Assembly: GCA_950097015.1 (NCBI GenBank) | Contig: CATNEN010000015.1 | Location: forward strand, 992,001 to 1,056,000 | DNA length: 64,000 nt | DNA from: Macrostomum hystrix | Lineage: Eukaryota > Animalia > Platyhelminthes | Direction of reading: 5' to 3' | Shown here: positions 62,301 through 64,000 of the stretch, one piece after another | Numbering within the stretch: position 1 is the stretch's first letter | Layout: the number at the start of each line of letters is the position of its first letter | Notes under the pieces: model-generated | The model's database searches: none | The model's input: only the letters and a program-made list of their open reading frames with translations | Told to the model about the DNA's origin: nothing | Made by a program: the position numbers and the translations under genes

Positions 62301-64000
62301 AGTTGACAATGATCCCCCCTTGACAATGATCCCCCAGTTGACAATGATCCCCCAGTTGACAATGATCCGCCAGTTGACAATGATCCCCCAGTTGACAATG
62401 ATCCCCCAGTTGACAATGATCCCCCCTTGACAATGATCCCCCAGTTGACAATGATCCCCCAGTTGACAATGAACCCCCAGTTGACTAACTGAAGCAACTG
62501 AAGGGCCATGTATTCTTACAGGCTGAAAACAATGTGCTCCGAAGTTAAATTCCAAGCTCGTATGAAAACTGCTCACAATAACCTGAAAGTTGTGAGTTTG
62601 AGCCTCTCAGGTAATGATCAAGGAACTTTGAGCACACCTAAGACACAGAACAATAAACAGAAGCGTGGTATTCAATGTCTATAGTTCAATGTCTATAGAC
62701 CCGAATCCAAATCCAACGCACTTCCCTTGCCTAGGTCGGATCCCAAGCTGTTCAAGGACGATGTTGACATCAAGTTCAGCAGAACTCTGAACTCCTGCAA
62801 AGTGCCGCAGGTAAGCGATCCCAGACAGGTTTCGCTTAGTGGAATGACAATGGATCTTTAGTACCTGTAGTGAGCTGATTTTCACAAACCAACGAACGCA
62901 GATCCGACATGCCACGGTCGAACGACTCCTCGATCGGCTGACCGATCTGCGCTTTCTGTCCATCGACTTTTTGAACACCTTCCTGCTGACCTACCGGATC
63001 TTCACCAGCCCGAAGACTGTCATACTGGCGCTGAAACGCATTCTGAATAATCCGGAGAGTGGGAACCTAGACCCCAGGCCCAGCATCAGCATTCAGAGGT
63101 GAGCCAGCATTCTGAATTAGCTGGGGTAATTAAGGGTAGGTGGGGCAGTCCCCCAGTCCATGGACTGAACAGCCGTACGCAGACTTCAGATGTGCGGCGT
63201 AATAGCTGCGGCTGTGGTGTTGCACATCTGGTCCGATTGGCACGTTTCCAGTCCAAGTGAAAAAGTAAATTTCTACGCTCAGTGCTTCTAAATTTTAGAC
63301 CAAATTAGGCCAACCAATCAGAACTGAAGACAATGAACATTACACAGTAGCTTGCATTCCACATTCATTTTAGCTCCACCGAGTCCGATCAGAACGCCAT
63401 CGGAGCTGTAGGCACCGGAGCTCCAGGCTCTGCTGGCCCAGTCATTGTTGGTGGCGGCGGTGGCGGAGGCGGAGGCGGAGGCGGCGGCAGCGGCAGCTAT
63501 CTTCACGTAAAGCCTCAACTGGACAAGGCGAGGCGAATCAGCACCGGCATGATGCGCCTGGAGATCGCCAGCGAGACCGCAGCCGCCGGCAACAAAACTC
63601 GGGCAGGACAAGCCTCGCCGGCTGCTGCAAAGGTCGCTCCGTCAGCATCGTCTTCGAAGACTGCGTCTGTTGCAGTGGCAGCAGTTGCTGCAGCTTCCGG
63701 CCCACCTGGAGGTCGGCAGCAGCCGGGTGGTCCAGCAGCAGCGGTGATGGCAGCCGCTGTTGCTCCGCATCGCACAGGAAGCCTCGACGCTGGCGCGTGC
63801 GTTCGTCTCGTCAATCAGCGTCCGGGTGAGGCGAAATACAGCAATCCGGCAGCCATGGCGGCAGCTGCAGCGGCTGCGGCGACGGCGGCAGCGGCTGCAA
63901 AGCGCTCAGCCGCAGTGGCTGCCGCTGCTGACGCTGCCGCTGAAGGAGGTGCCGTCGGAGACTCACCGGAGATTCTCTGCGAGCTGTCGGAAATCAGCGA
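42397..64000 (+). CDS. RASGRF: Ras-specific guanine nucleotide-releasing factor (PH-CC-IQ-DH-PH-REM; CDC25 domain beyond the window)
   Basis: Exons 42397-42672, 48962-49068, 49170-49317 (or 49326), 50941-51018, 55587-55840, 59135-59519, 60079-60378, 60612-60690, 60770-60948, 61024-61106, 62735-62810, 62902-63098, 63374->64000; phases consistent. Motifs: [26 protein letters not shown] (PH1), [20 protein letters not shown] (IQ), [27 protein letters not shown] (DH), [32 protein letters not shown] (REM). Confidence 0.96.
42745..45485. repeat. 23-bp minisatellite (~119 copies) in RasGRF intron 1
   Basis: Unit AAGTGT(T/G)AGACATCCAAGAT(C/CT)C. Confidence 0.98.
47279..47589. repeat. Microsatellites (CAG)12, (CTG)7, (GT)n
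   Basis: CAG at 47279-47314; CTG at 47548-47568 followed by a GT run. Confidence 0.9.
48800..48920. repeat. ~23-bp minisatellite (~5 copies) before an acceptor
   Basis: TTAGACCTCTGGAATGACACACC units. Confidence 0.85.
50075..50760. repeat. 20-bp minisatellite (~34 copies)
   Basis: Unit CAGGTGT(A/T)AGACAGGGCTGT. Confidence 0.97.
51487..51745. repeat. 15-bp degenerate minisatellite
   Basis: Unit AATGACCAGTATCCC. Confidence 0.85.
52760..53835. repeat. Higher-order satellite (57-bp B + three 60-bp A = ~237 bp)
   Basis: B units (CTAGAGTCGAATG..) recur at 52771, 53007, 53244 and 53481. Confidence 0.93.
56622..59022. repeat. 16-bp purine-rich minisatellite (~150 copies)
   Basis: Unit GACAAGGGGAGAAAGA; source of the giant six-frame ORFs. 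Confidence 0.98.
59550..59900. repeat. 15-bp minisatellite
   Basis: Unit AAATATCCCCATTCC, starting about 30 bp after the donor. Confidence 0.92.
62019..62487. repeat. 18-bp minisatellite (~26 copies)
   Basis: Unit GACAATGATCCCCCAGTT. Confidence 0.95.

Noticed and set aside
1-64000. tRNA, rRNA or snRNA genes
   Set aside because: No cloverleaf, A/B-box pair or conserved rRNA/snRNA motif was recognised by eye; a covariance-model scan would be needed to exclude them.

Overview
Animal genomic DNA with GC-rich exons and a different minisatellite in most long introns. This resembles a free-living flatworm such as Macrostomum, but the organism is an inference. Three spliced genes were rebuilt by hand from GT-AG sites with consistent phases. 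(1) A KNL1/Spc105-like kinetochore gene (+, 3312-16348, 11 coding exons, 1062 aa). (2) A semaphorin with Sema+PSI domains (-, 27973-23189, 9 exons, 625 aa) that ends right after a hydrophobic segment. (3) A RasGRF gene (+, from 42397 past the window end). KNL1 intron 9 (9522-13608) holds a decayed Crypton-type tyrosine-recombinase element head-to-head with an intact, intronless, secreted 431-aa gene of rapunzel/SE-cephalotoxin-like appearance, with hairpins at both ends of the block; this is the best candidate for an undescribed system. The window also contains an Ngaro-type DIRS retrotransposon (intact SAP-gag, broken RT and YR), LINE remnants, a MITE, a near-identical second copy of the KNL1 last exon 13,801 bp downstream, and more than 25 tandem arrays. 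All family assignments come from recalled motifs; no database search was run.
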